This document shows positions 40,277-52,945 of a stretch of DNA of 64,000 bases, in pieces (position 1 is the first letter of the stretch; the number at the start of each line of letters is the position of its first letter). Origin of the DNA: Octopus vulgaris (Eukaryota); NCBI GenBank assembly GCA_951406725.2, contig OX597819.1, positions 29,822,001-29,886,000 on the forward strand, given 5' to 3'. The notes beneath the pieces were generated by a model that saw only the letters and a program-made list of their open reading frames with translations, was not told the origin of the DNA and ran no database searches. The translations under genes were made by a program, and so were the position numbers.

Positions 40277-40395
40277 GAGAGCGAGAGTGTTTGTATGTGT
40301 ATGAGAGAATGTATATGTAAGATTGCGTGTATAAGAGAGAAAGGTTCCGTGTGAGTGAGTGTGTGTGTGTGTGTGTGTGTGAGTGAGCGAGAGAT
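40075..40395. repeat. (GA)n/(GT)n compound microsatellite
   Basis: Directly visible. Confidence 0.9.
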
Positions 40396-41989
40396 AATTC
40401 ATGAGATTGTACGTGAAGCCAGACTGTAATAACAAATAGCCTTTAATGTTGTGCTGTAATATTTTCGATTATGTATATGGAATTCCAAATATCAGACTCC
40501 GTGTTCAGTTTCGAATAATATTCTTGGCAAAGCTATTGATTTATTTGATCATACACAGTATTTTCAATGTTTCGGTAGAGCCAAACGTGACTCATACTTT
40601 TTATCAAATGAAACGGAATCAGTTCAGTCTAAACGCGAATACCAAAATTATTCTCTCTATTCTACGAATGTAAAACACGTTTTCAATGTTAATTTGGAGA
40701 AAAGGGGATCTAATGGGATGTAATTAACTATTTGATAAATAGTTAATTCAGTCTGAGTGTGTTTGCATTTCATAGACATCATCCCTTCCTCCAAATCTCT
40801 CTTTCTCTATTTCTTCTCCCTCCGCTCCTCCTGTGCTCAAATTTTTTGTAAAAACATAACGTATTATATCTTATAATATTTTTGCCATCATTATTGATAT
40901 GATCTGCAAAATGACGGAATCATTTTCTTGTGGCACATTGTCTGACAATATAACAGAAATTTATTGTAACTGTAAGTTCTTTAAAAAATATTTTACTCTA
41001 AAAAATTCTATTAAAAATATTAAATAAGGTAAAATAAGATCGCCGTAACATTAAATTTAAAATGATTGAATCGCAAACATTAATTAAAATTTAAAAGAGA
41101 TTTCTTTTAATTTATCGGAAATATAAACAAACCACAATTAATTGCTAAATAAAATTTAGCAATTTGTCTTCAGTTCTTGCATTCTTTTCTTTTATTTTCT
41201 GCATCACCCCCACCTTTCATTACGGTAAAGATGTCACACTTAAAAATTATTTTATTCAAACGTTTTTCTGTGACTACTTTGATCTAATGAAGATAACGTC
41301 TACTCTTAATTTTATTGATTCCTTAGATAGGAGCAATGCGTGAAAATTATAGGACAGAGGAAACGAGATTGTATAACATTTGTGCCTTTGTTAAGGACAT
41401 TAGAGAAATTAAACGAAAATTGCTGACATTTGCGAAATAGGTTCAATGAAACTAGTTGCTTTTAGGAAATTGCAATCTACGCTTGCTGAGATCTTCCCTC
41501 TACTTTGTGGTACTGACTGGACAATCTCATTTTATCACTTTTATAAAGGAAATTGCATGCAATTGATTCCAGCCGATAAACAATTAGAGAAAAGATACCT
41601 TTTGCTGTCACATGAGTACTTCATCAAGTTACTTCGTTTCGAATTTCGCTGTCGTCCATTAAATTAGATGACAACATAGGAAACAATGATTTTATCCACC
41701 ACATGAAATTGAAGTAGCACAGCTAAAGGAATAATTGAAAAGGAAGAAATACATTTTATCTCCGGCTATAATTATTACAAGTATTAGGAAAAGGATTGTG
41801 TATCCAGTAAAAACTATTTAAAAAAAATTTGAGTGTGACGTTTATTGTTACTGTTTGTTCTTAAACACAAGATTTATCGAATTCTTTCTCTGGGTTTGTT
41901 CTCTCAAGCCTCTCTCAAGCTTTCAGTGGTAGCTTTATCATCTGTAGATTTATAATGCCACCAAATACCGCTGGCCTGCGACTCCTTTT

Positions 41990-42415
41990 GGATCTTTTCG
42001 GTTTGAGCGGCAGTTTTTAACATAATTTCTAGGTAACTAAAAAATTTTAAACTTCGTATACTGGTAGAATGTGTTTATAAAACATTTTTTTCTCTTGGCT
42101 TTATTGAGAAAATTCTATGGTTTGTAAGATATTTGTTGTTTTTTTCTTCAATTTCTGCAATTTCAACCAATCACTGACGTCTATTGAGGTAAAAAAAAAT
42201 TCTGTGCCGTATGAATATGTCCCTCGTTTAAGAAACAGATTGGGTTTATTTAAATTTGTGAAGAAAAAAAGATACCCTTCCCCCACCCCTAACCCTAACT
42301 AATCCTAACCCTAAAACAGATTGAAATGCAATAGATCGATACTAGGGTCATAAGTATGTGGGACAATTTCATATGACACCGCTAGAAAAAACTGCCGTTC
42401 AAACCGAAAGGATCC
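41990..42415. mobile_element. MITE copy 4
   Basis: Same TIR; TSD CTCCTTTT; internal CCCTAA repeats. Confidence 0.92.
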
Positions 42416-44065
42416 CTCCTTTTATTTTATCCAACCATATTTTGCTTATGTTAGCCTTGTTTGAGAAGACCTACGATCAAAGGCGTTCTAACTATGACCA
42501 TCCTGATATTTTTCAGGTATTATCCAATGTGTCTGCTTTTATTTTAATGCAGTAGAGCGTCATTTGGGAAAAATTTGATTATTCTTCCTATTTTTTTTTG
42601 CGTTGACGTTGTAGTAGAAAAAGTGGTATTGGTGGTGAAAATGTTGAAGTTGCGGATGATGATGGTCATAGTGATAGTGAATGGAGGTGAATCTAATGGT
42701 GGTGGGGGGAAGGGGTAGTAGTGGTGGTGGTGGTCGTCGTCGTATGATGTTGGCGTTGTGGTGGCGGTGATAGTGATGGTAATAATCATGATTACCGCTA
42801 TGCTTTCAACACACAGACACATGGCCTGATATTCAAAGGCAGGAATTAGTCGATTAAACAGATCCACGTAAATGACTGGTATTTTATTTTATCAACTCCG
42901 GAGGTATGAAAGGTAAAAATGACCTCAGCCGGACTTGAATCCAAAACGTAAAAAAGCCAGCACAAATACAACGAGGTATTTAGTCTAACACACTCGCAAT
43001 GCTGTCAGGCAACCACTCTTGCGGATGGCAATAATGGCTGTGGTTCCAATGTGATGGAAGTGGTGGTGGCAATAGCGGCGGTGGCGGCGGCGGTGACAGT
43101 GGCGGTGGCAGTGGTGGTGGTGGCGGGGTGGCATTGATAATGTCTGTATTGTTGTAATGTTTGTAACGATTTTGTTTCATTTCTTAGTGGTTTAGGCTGA
43201 GAAGAATGAAAAACAGTACTCACGATCCCTTTTCAGTGTCTCTGAGACTTCTGGAAAGAAAGAAATAACCTGCTGTCAAACAGGAGACATACCTAATGAT
43301 CGCAGGAAAGTGAACTCTGCCCAAAACACTCAATGTCAATATGGTCGGTATATTACAGCAAAGTTTGAAACATAGGTCTGAAAATTAAAATTTTTATATC
43401 AAATGCCCAAAGTTATATTTAATTTGCAATATATTATTACTTGGTCAAAAGTTTGGTACATAGGCCTGAAAATTAGAATTTTAGTATTAAATGCCCAAAT
43501 ATATACATTGTATATATTTAAATCAAATTGTAGTGGGGCATAACAAATTTGATTTTAAAAATGTTCCAAACTTTTTTTGCAGGGACAGGAAAGTGCTCTC
43601 TGGCGGGATTCCGTACATATGCTATCTATCAAATTTCATTCACAACGCTTTGGTTACTCAAAGATTACAGCAGAAATTACTTGCCCAAAATACTGCGCAG
43701 TAGAATTGAATCAGAAAAGACGTATTCTGAAAGGGGACATTTCGCCTCACGGCTAGTCTTCCATCATTGTTGTAGTGAAAATGACAATGATAGCAGCAGG
43801 CAGTAATGCTATTCTTTGGAAGTAATTCTTCAATAATTGATCACTATAACAAGGAATTAAATGCTCAGAACAGAACAGTCATCATAATGTATTGTTTTTT
43901 TTTCATGTTCTATTGAAACGTCTGCTATTATGCGCATATGAATTAATCCTTGGTCATTGAAGATACAATATGACACATTTTAATTAGTTTTATACTCCGG
44001 GGTATATTGTTCAGTGAGGAAGGCGAAACAAATGAGGGAATTCATTGCGATGGTATAGAAATTTC

Positions 44066-44293
44066 GGCGAGCTGGCAGAATCGTTAGCACGCCGGGCGAA
44101 ATGCGTAGCCGCATTTCGTCTTCCACTACGTTCTGAGTTCAAATTCCGGCGAGGTCGTCTTTGCCTTTCATCCCTTCGGTGTCAATAAATTAAGTACCAG
44201 TTACGCGCTGGGGTCGATATAATCGACTTAATCCGTTTGTCTATCCTTGTTTGTCCTCTCTATGTTTAGCCCCTTGTGGGTTGTAAAGAAATA
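44066..44293 (+). mobile_element. Family-C SINE with 15-bp TSD
   Basis: TSD GGTATAGAAATTTCG at 44052 and 44294. Confidence 0.9.
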
Positions 44294-44718
44294 GGTATAG
44301 AAATTTCGTTACTGTACAACTGTTGAGTTAATTTTACTGTGAAAACCTTAGGCTTCTGATGAAGCAATGTAAGATGCAACTACAAAACACCTCTCTGGTA
44401 AGACATATCACAAAGACTTATGTCAATAATTGAATAAAAGGTATTTTCTCAGTTCTTTTCTTATTAGCTTTTTCAGTGACTGACAAATTCGTTTCAATCC
44501 CAAGAATTATAAATTCGATGATATTAATGAATTAATACAGACTGGTACATAGATACTGTGTTTATATATTTTAAAATAATTTTTATTTATAATTTTAATT
44601 TATCAGACACTTAAAATTCTGGGTTAATTTAAATCGCGCAAGCCTACGCTCAGACATATACAGACCTTGTCACTTATTTGTCTCCAACTCCCCAAACGCA
44701 CTTATATGCATGTATACC

Positions 44719-45140
44719 TATTTCTATTTCTTTATTACCCACAAGGGGGCTAAACACAGAGGGGACAAACAAGGACAGACATAGGTATTAAGTCGATTAC
44801 ATCGACCCCAGTGCGTAACTGGTACTTAATTTATCGACCCCGAAAGGATGAATGGCAAAGTCGACCTCGGCGGAATTTGAACTTACAACGTAAAGACGGA
44901 CGAAATACCTATTTCTTTATTACCCACAAGGGGCTAAACACAGAGGGAACAAACAAGGACAGACATAGGTATTAAGTCGATTACATCGACCCCAGTTCGT
45001 AACTGGTACTTAATTTATCGACCCCGAAAGGATGAAAGGCAAAGTCGACCTCGGCGGAATTTGAACTCACAACGTAACGCAGACGAAATACCGCTAAGCA
45101 TTTCGCCCGGCGTGCTAACGTTTCTGCCAGCTCGCCGCCT
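44719..45140 (-). mobile_element. Family-C SINE with tandemly duplicated 3' ~180 bp
   Basis: One head and two bodies/tails; TSD TATGCATGTATACC at 44705 and 45141. Confidence 0.9.
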
Positions 45141-46011
45141 TATGCATGTATACCAGGTCCGGGTGAGACGAGGAAATCGTCCCGCACGCCCTTGTTCATT
45201 GTGTGGAGATTTCAGGCCTGATAGTTTACGCGGAACAATTAGAAAGAATAGAGCTATCAGCTGAGTGTATGATTAAGATTGTACCGCCACCCGGACTGTC
45301 AAAGGAAGGGGAAGCCAGTTTGTTATGCACAGTTGCCGTTCTGAAAGAGTGTATATAGAAAAACGAGGATGAAATGAGTCGCGACGAGAACCTTTATCTC
45401 CGGGCCTGGTTTGCTCTACTATTTCAGATACCATATGAAGAGCAAGACAGGGCTGGAGAAAGGACGCCTGTCGCAAAGCATATACAAGAAAAGCTGAAAA
45501 GATGTGGTGAGGAAGTTGGATGTGAGAGAATCTGTTTAAATACATAGTAAATCCGTACGGTATAGCCGGTGGACTCTCCGGCCAAAATGTAAAAAAAAAT
45601 TTTCATTAAAATTGTAAATACATTTATTGTAAATGCATCATTCGCTTATTGCAAACGAACTCACAATCTTTGTTTTGTAATGTCTTCAGCTGTCCCCTCT
45701 ATGTTCGATCCACGTGATCATAATAAAGAATCAATCCCTAACCAGTGATTGTTATACACTGATGAAGGGTTACTACCCAGAAACCCGGATCCCTGTGTAT
45801 CACGTCAGGCTAGAGATGGGAACAATGAGTTTCCTTCGCAAATACTGATCGGGCACACACAGTGTGTCGTTACCCAACTGGAGGAGATGTCTTCCTGGTG
45901 CTATAAACTACAGTAACATTGTCCCATTTGAGTCGGCCACATTTAAGTGGAAAATATACTTCATTATGTTATGCAGCTACCGTTTACATCTAACTCAGAG
46001 ATTTATGATTG

Positions 46012-46067
<56 letters not shown>

Positions 46068-46073
<6 letters not shown>

Positions 46074-46373
46074 GAAAGAATGGAGTTGAACGACGAATTA
46101 ACAAAATTCCTTTATTTTATTTTCGACATATGTTTCGAAGGCTGCATATTCCTAATTTCGAAGGAATAAGGGGTGCATTATGCCGCCTTCTCATCAGGAA
46201 AAGTAAGGAACTAATTCTTTCATTTATTTATATTTAAAAAAAACACACGATAGCACGCGATCTCTGCCCTAGGCATGTAGCTTCAACCGTGTTTTTCTGA
46301 CGTGAATTTGCTACCCAGGTATCGGTTAACCGAATTATCCATAATAAGATAATTCATTCAACTACTCAATTAT

Positions 46374-46376
<3 letters not shown>
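46068..46376. mobile_element. (TA)n-embedded non-coding retroelement with inverted arm (same family as 58345-58903)
   Basis: (TA)n on both sides; shares AATGGAGTTGAACGA and TTTGCTACC.AGGTATCG.TTAA with the 58-kb element. Confidence 0.75.
46120..46202 (-). ncRNA. Type-I hammerhead ribozyme (palindromic stem III)
   Basis: Minus strand: ttttc-CTGATGA-gaaggcggcata..tatgcagccttc-GAAA-CATATG-TC-gaaaa. Intact core, GUC triplet, stems I-III. Confidence 0.85.
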
Positions 46377-46446
<70 letters not shown>

Positions 46447-46733
46447 TACATACATACATGCACACATAAGTACAACTTGGCGCATTTTACAAAAGGCCTC
46501 ATACACTCCCATGTTGAAATCTTTGCTAACAGACGTACATTTATTTAAATTATTATGTACATACCCACAGTTTTGCAAATATCATGACATTAGCATACAA
46601 ATCCTAAATGTATATAAAAAATACATAAACATTTTCACACTATCAACGAAACATGTGCATACAAATATGCACAAATATATTTTGCCCGAGCATACGCATA
46701 TGCATCAAACACACATACGTATACATACATACA

Positions 46734-46937
<204 letters not shown>

Positions 46938-47053
46938 GGCATTATTACATATAAATGCCTCACGCTAAAAGGGACATAAGTCATTTCTACCAAAAATTTT
47001 ACTAATCATACCCAATGCAGTTTTTCAAAGCAAGACATTTAAAAAATGAATTT

Positions 47054-47121
47054 AGTCTTATATCACCTGTGATTTCGCACTTACCGCAGAAGAATTTGCG
47101 ACCAGGCTCATCAGTAAGACT
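47054..47121 (-). ncRNA. Type-I hammerhead ribozyme, copy 1
   Basis: Minus strand: agtctta-CTGATGA-gc..gtcgca/tgcggt..gc-GAAA-tcac-ag-gtga-TA-taagact. 7-bp stem I, intact core, AUA triplet. Confidence 0.85.
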
Positions 47122-47534
47122 GATTCTGAACATATCATAAATAAACGACCAGTACCGTCAAAGTCGAACAGCGAACTGCTCTATTCCAACGAAGCACATG
47201 GAGAAGTTTACTAATCATATATCCGGTAAATGGCGGGCCTCTTCGAATTGCATTTCGGATAGGAAAAGTTTTTTGGGAATAAATTTAACAATTAAGGATA
47301 ACTTCTTAATAAGGAATCTTAACAAGTAATTATCAGGTAGATAGCGTGAAAAACCTCATAAGAGAAAAATTTCGAAAATAATTCTTTCTTATTGAACATA
47401 TTAATTTATATATAGAGGGCATTATTACATATAAATGCCTCACGCTAAGACGGACATAAGTCATTTCTACCAAAAAATTTTACTAATCATACCCAATGCA
47501 ATTTTTCAAAGCAAGACATTTAAAAAATGAATTT

Positions 47535-47602
47535 AGTCTTATATCACCTGTGATTTCGCACTTACCGCAGAAGAATTTGCGACCATGCTCATCAGTAAGA
47601 CT
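47535..47602 (-). ncRNA. Type-I hammerhead ribozyme, copy 2
   Basis: Same as copy 1, offset by 481 nt; one substitution gives GCA/TGC at the base of stem II. Confidence 0.85.
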
Positions 47603-49673
47603 GATTCTGAACATATCATAAATAAACGACCAGTACCGTCAAAGTCGAACAGCCAACTGCTCTATTCCAACGAAGCACATGGGTATGATTAGTAAACTTT
47701 TTCGGTAGAAATGACTTATGTCCCTCTTAGCGTGAGGCATTTATATGTAATAATGCCCTCTATATATAAATTAATATGTTCAATAAGAAAGAATTATTTT
47801 TTTCGAAATTTTTCTCTTATGAGGTTTTTCACGCTATCTACCTGATAATTTCTTGTTAAGATTCCTTATTAAGAAGTTATCCTTAATTGTTAAATATATA
47901 TATAAGCGCATGAATCTCGTGACCGATAATGATACGCATACAAAATCTCCATAAAATTCCACCTCTGAAGTAATGACGAAACTATATATAGAAGTCTGTC
48001 AAAATATCTGAAACAATTAAAAGAAATTCAATTGAAATAGATTAAAATTCAAATGATATACAGAATCAAATGAAGGCAGGTATAGTTTAACATTAATCAA
48101 TTTTCTGGGATTTCTACTAAAAGTGAAAATAAAAAAAATAAACGTCGGTGATAAATTTGAAACACAGCTATTATGAATACAAAGTGTAAGTGAAGATGAA
48201 GTTTTATTAGCTGCATCAGCTTCATTGGGACAATAACACCACTGAATAAATGAATGATTTTGTAGTTAGAAGGAAATTACAACAATTATATGATATGGTT
48301 TTGATGGCCTTTTAAGGTTTTATCTTTTAAGGTGATTGCATAAAAGCAACAATTGTTTAAGCAAATAATGTATGCCAAGACTATTACATAAAGTGTGTAG
48401 AAGGCAAATGTTTGCCTATCTTATCGAATCTTGCATTGTTTCAGTGTTTTTCTTATTATTATTTCAACTCTTGTTGGAGATAACGCTTTCTTTAATTCTT
48501 CTAAATAAATCAGCAATTTGCAGCCAGTTGCATCGGAGAGACTGTAGCATATTTAAGTAACCTGAAGTTCGAAAGATGTTAAACTAAGCTTGCACAACAG
48601 AAAAGACTCGCACCAATATCACATAAGTTTCTGACACTTGAATCAGAAAACCCTTACCATTTTCGATACTCCTCATCACCCCGTGATATTACTTTTTAAA
48701 AAACGGTAATATTTTGTCCTTTTCTTTCTTTTCAGCTTTGGTTATGATAGTATTCGCCCCTCTCAGCCAATGGAAGATAAGAAGTGTCATATTTTGTTCA
48801 CAATTAAAACAAAGATTTCTCTGGTTAAAAATTAAGAATAATTGCCTATTCAAAGATTTCTAAGATTAGAAATTTATGTAACGAATGGTATCGTTTCAGA
48901 AATTTATAAACTTACATCAAATGTCTTAAAGGTAACAACCCTTACTAAATTATTTTTAAACACGAGTAAAAGTAAAGCCAAAGTATCTGAGAAAAGCATT
49001 ATTGATTAGTCAAAGCATTTACACCTATATTTTCATTCTCTCCTTGCTAACATGGAGTACTTCTGCGTGTTAAATTCCGAAGTACTCTACGATCTCATAA
49101 ATAAGAGGCTCCGTTGGGAATGGAAACGAAAATAGATAGAAACAGAACTATCCATTTAATTAATTTAATAGAGCAAGGTGACGAAGTTTCTGCTACTGAC
49201 TGCATTTCTTTACGATGTTGTTAATTCGATTACTTTTGTTTCAGAGTTCCCATCCTGCGCAAGGGATTTTTTCTTTTCATTCTCTGGAGTCATGGGACCT
49301 ATAAATGGAGTGATAATAAATATTATTGAATTAAAGTGATTCATTATATCGTTTGCAAAAAAAAAAAAAACTATCTCGTGATAGAGACTAAAAAATATAT
49401 TTGGATGTTGAATAAAACAATATTCCTGAATTCTGTTGATTTCTGTAATTTAAACTTTAGCTATATTAAGCCCAACATAGATAATGACTGTAGTATTTGT
49501 AATAAGTGACTTTAATAGAGATGGACAAGGAAACAAAATTGTTGTAAAAGATTGCTAGTTGTATACGAGCATATCTGTGAATACTGAGAGTAAAATATTC
49601 GCTTGCGAAGTCACTTCTGTTAAACCGGCGTATTTTATTTAAACTGTCAATTCTATTTAAATAGTACGGGATA

Positions 49674-50853
49674 ATCTTACTATAATGGGCGTTACGTCTG
49701 TTAGTTTGTCTGTGCCCTCTTCACGGTCAAACGGCTGGGCCAATAGTCACGATGTTTTTCGGAATTACAAAGGAGGTAACCAGGAAGATTTTATCAAAAA
49801 ATGTGAGAAAGTATGATTATTTCGTGAATTTTGAGGGCAATTCTGCAGTTTAAGGGCGTAAAAAAGTAAATAAAAATTAAGGAGTAGATAACTAACAAAA
49901 GAAGCAAAGGGATGTAAGTCAACTTCTTACTATAATGGGCGTTATGTCTGTCTGCCTGTCTGTTCCCTTTTCATAGCAAAACGGCTGGACCAATGGTCAC
50001 GATGTTTTCGAGATTAGGGAGGTAACCGGGGAAAAATGTGAAAAGTATGATTATTTAGGGATATTGAGTTTTGTATTTATAATTCACCTTTGATTTTTTT
50101 GTTAAAATTCCGGCGACGAGGATTAACTCTGGATTTCCTCACCGTATAGTTTGTGAATTTAGAGGGTTTAGATTTGCGATATTATCCCTTTATTTCCCGT
50201 CATAGATGGGCAGATTCTCGAAGATTCCGCTCGCGCATTCACAGCAAACAAGGCACAGGGCCAGATTTTAGATCATCTAGGTGTATTTTTACCCACTCCG
50301 ATGTTTACACATGACCAGTTATGCGTCTTTATGCGTAGAGCAACGGGCTTCAATGATTTGAAAATTAGTGTCGACCAAGCAGAAAATATCGTCTACAAAG
50401 GAATTTTATAATCATATTGATATTACCGAAAGGAATATGATTCATAATTTAAATAAGGAAATTTGTGAACTTTGAATGTATAAGAGTATAAACAAGCGTA
50501 AAATAGCGTAAACAACTAAAATAAAAGTATATCCAAAAACATTTTGTTGAGTACTTTTTATGTAGTGGTTGCAGGAAGCTCTGGCTTTCGTTATGAATGA
50601 TCCACATAACCATTCGTGATACAGAGGCTGGGAGCTTATTTCAGTTTGGGAGTGAATCGTCATCACAGGCCACTTAGTCGCAAACACATGTCATATAGCT
50701 GCAACAGAATGCTGTATCACCAATAATAATGTGATTTCCCTAAGACATCACCCAGTAATCTATCAAGTCTATTTACACATTTCTCAATACATACTGCTGT
50801 TATGACTTGCCTCCCTCATTTTATGCCTCCATCGTAGATGGGTAGATTTGCTA
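49674..50853 (+). mobile_element. Rearranged non-autonomous Helitron
   Basis: Two tandem 5' leaders TCTTACTATAATGGGCGTTA.GTCTG (49675, ~49925); helicase fragments; 3' hairpin CCATCGTAGATGG followed by GCTAA (CTAG-like). Confidence 0.7.
50235..50411 (+). pseudogene. Helitron RepHel (PIF1-family helicase) C-terminal fragment
   Basis: AFTANKAQGQILDHLGVFLPTPMFTHDQLCVFMRR..NIVYKGIL*, matching the T(I)NKAQGQ / HGQLYVALSR / NIVY motifs. Confidence 0.85.
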
Positions 50854-50871
50854 ATAACAATAATGGTAAAG

Positions 50872-50935
<64 letters not shown>

Positions 50936-50988
50936 GCTGACGATATGTGCATCTCTGATCACGAGCAGAAGTAGTGGGGGAGCATCAA

Positions 50989-51543
50989 TGCCCTGATGCA
51001 GTACCAGGCAGTGGCTCTCATGGCTTCTGATCTTAACTGATTGGAAGTGTTATCATGTACATTGTTTTGTCTTGGTATAAAAGATGGGCTACAGCAAATA
51101 TTCTGCTCAATACCACAGATTTGCTTGTCAGTTGTTTGACCATAACCAGTTGAGCATGTCCCTTAGTGGCTGACGATATGTGCATCTCTGATCACGAGCA
51201 GAAGTAGTGGGGGAGCATCATAGCCATGTGTTGAGAGGGATTCTTTGGGGTTTGAATAGTTCACCTCTGGAAACATGGGTGGTTCTTTCAACATCCTTAA
51301 GCAACCCTTATTCAGGGACAGTTTGAGCGGGATGGGCTACTCAACCTGAAGAAAATTCTAACTGGGCCCCACCTGCAAGGTCATGTGCTGTTTATCTTGA
51401 TATAAGATCACCATGTCGCGCACATATGGTTGTGATGCATGTGCGTGGTGTACCTTTATCAGACGGGTAGTCATGATGGGTATATTGGGCTTCGTATATT
51501 TTACCCCAGTGTCACTTTGATGGCATGCTCTGCTCGCTCACTC
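50989..51543. mobile_element. (AAT)n-inserted ~555-bp element, copy 2
   Basis: TGCCCTGATGCAG...CACTC, flanked by (AAT)n; preceded by a 52-bp duplicate of its own interior. Confidence 0.8.
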
Positions 51544-51600
51544 AATAATAATAATGATGATAATAATAATGATAATAATAACAGTAACAGTAATGATAAA

Positions 51601-51900
51601 TGCCCTGATGCAGTAGTAAGCAGTGCCTTTCATAACTTCAGATCTTAACTGATTGGAGGTGTTATCATGTACATGTTTTATCTTGGTGTAAAAGTTAGGC
51701 TACAGCACATGTTTTGCTCAATATCACAGATTTGCTTGTCAGTTGTTTGATCTTACTAGTTGATCATGTCTCTTAGTGGCCGACTATATGTGCATCTCCG
51801 GTCACGAGTAGAAGTCGTGGGAAAGCATCATAGCCATGTGTTGAGAGGAATTCTTTGGAGTTTGAATAATTCACCTCTTGAAAGATCGGTGTTTCATTCA
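51601..51900. mobile_element. (AAT)n-element copy 3 (truncated, more diverged)
   Basis: First ~300 bp homologous to copy 2. Confidence 0.75.
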
Positions 51901-51904
51901 AAAC

Positions 51905-52110
51905 TATATCAGTAAAAGATTTTGGAAAATTAAGAAAATATCAATACTTAGAGATAGAAACTGAAACGGCGGGGCACCTTAGAATGAAAATAGATCCACT
52001 CATCATAAAGATCTTTGGTGAGATAAGAAACAGACGTGAGAGACAGCTTAGTAATACCCTGGGTAAATCATCTGCAGGGAATACAAAGTAGTATTGGCCA
52101 GTACACTCAG
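51905..52110 (+). mobile_element. R4/Dong-like RLE endonuclease fragment
   Basis: VKDFGKLRKYQYLEIETE..HLRMKIDPLIIKIFG, resembling KEFEKLSKYKDLEIEI..PVVIGALG. Confidence 0.6.
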
Positions 52111-52825
52111 TCTAAATATGAATTAAGGAGTACCCGTCAATTAATGCAACATACATTAAAGGTGGGCTTTCGTCACTTGATTTAAATTATATTGTATATA
52201 CCTCTGCAATTTACATATATTCATATATGTACAAAACATATTTCTTTCTATAATATAACGCCCTATGCAAGTTGCTTAATGTATCTTCTCTAGATCCAGG
52301 CCACAATTACACTACTGATAAGTGATTGTATAAAACCTGCAAAAGAAATAATTTTAATGCTTTCTAATTTAGGCACAAGGCCAACAGTTTTAAAGGGAGT
52401 AGTTTAGTCGAGTATCAACCCCAGTACCTGGGTGGCACTTTGTTTCATCGATCCCTGGAAAGATGAAATGCAACTTTGATTACGGTTAGAGTGTTGTGCC
52501 CACGATCATCGGATCATGGGTATGATTTCCGAATAGGGTGGTGTTGTGTTCTTGAGCAAAACACGTCGCTGTGCGGGGAGCGACGAGTCAAAGAATAGAC
52601 CCAACATTTCCCTCTGCGTGTCGTAAAGGGCCTGTAAAAGAGCTTGAAATAAGGTCTGCACTCTAATCTCATTACACTCTCACTAGCAACGTTTACCCAA
52701 ACAGACACATGGGTTGGAAGGTTGTCACCTGAGTGGTGCAAACACATCATCTACCAGGAATGGTCGGGAATCACCAATAAGCCTTGGGTGCAGCGAAGGC
52801 ATCGTTGTTACAACACATGCTCCCA

Positions 52826-52945
<120 letters not shown>

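Noticed and set aside
48715-48790. Possible splice acceptor and host exon (polypyrimidine tract + CAG)
   Set aside because: No convincing donor site or recognisable peptide; cannot be supported without transcript data.
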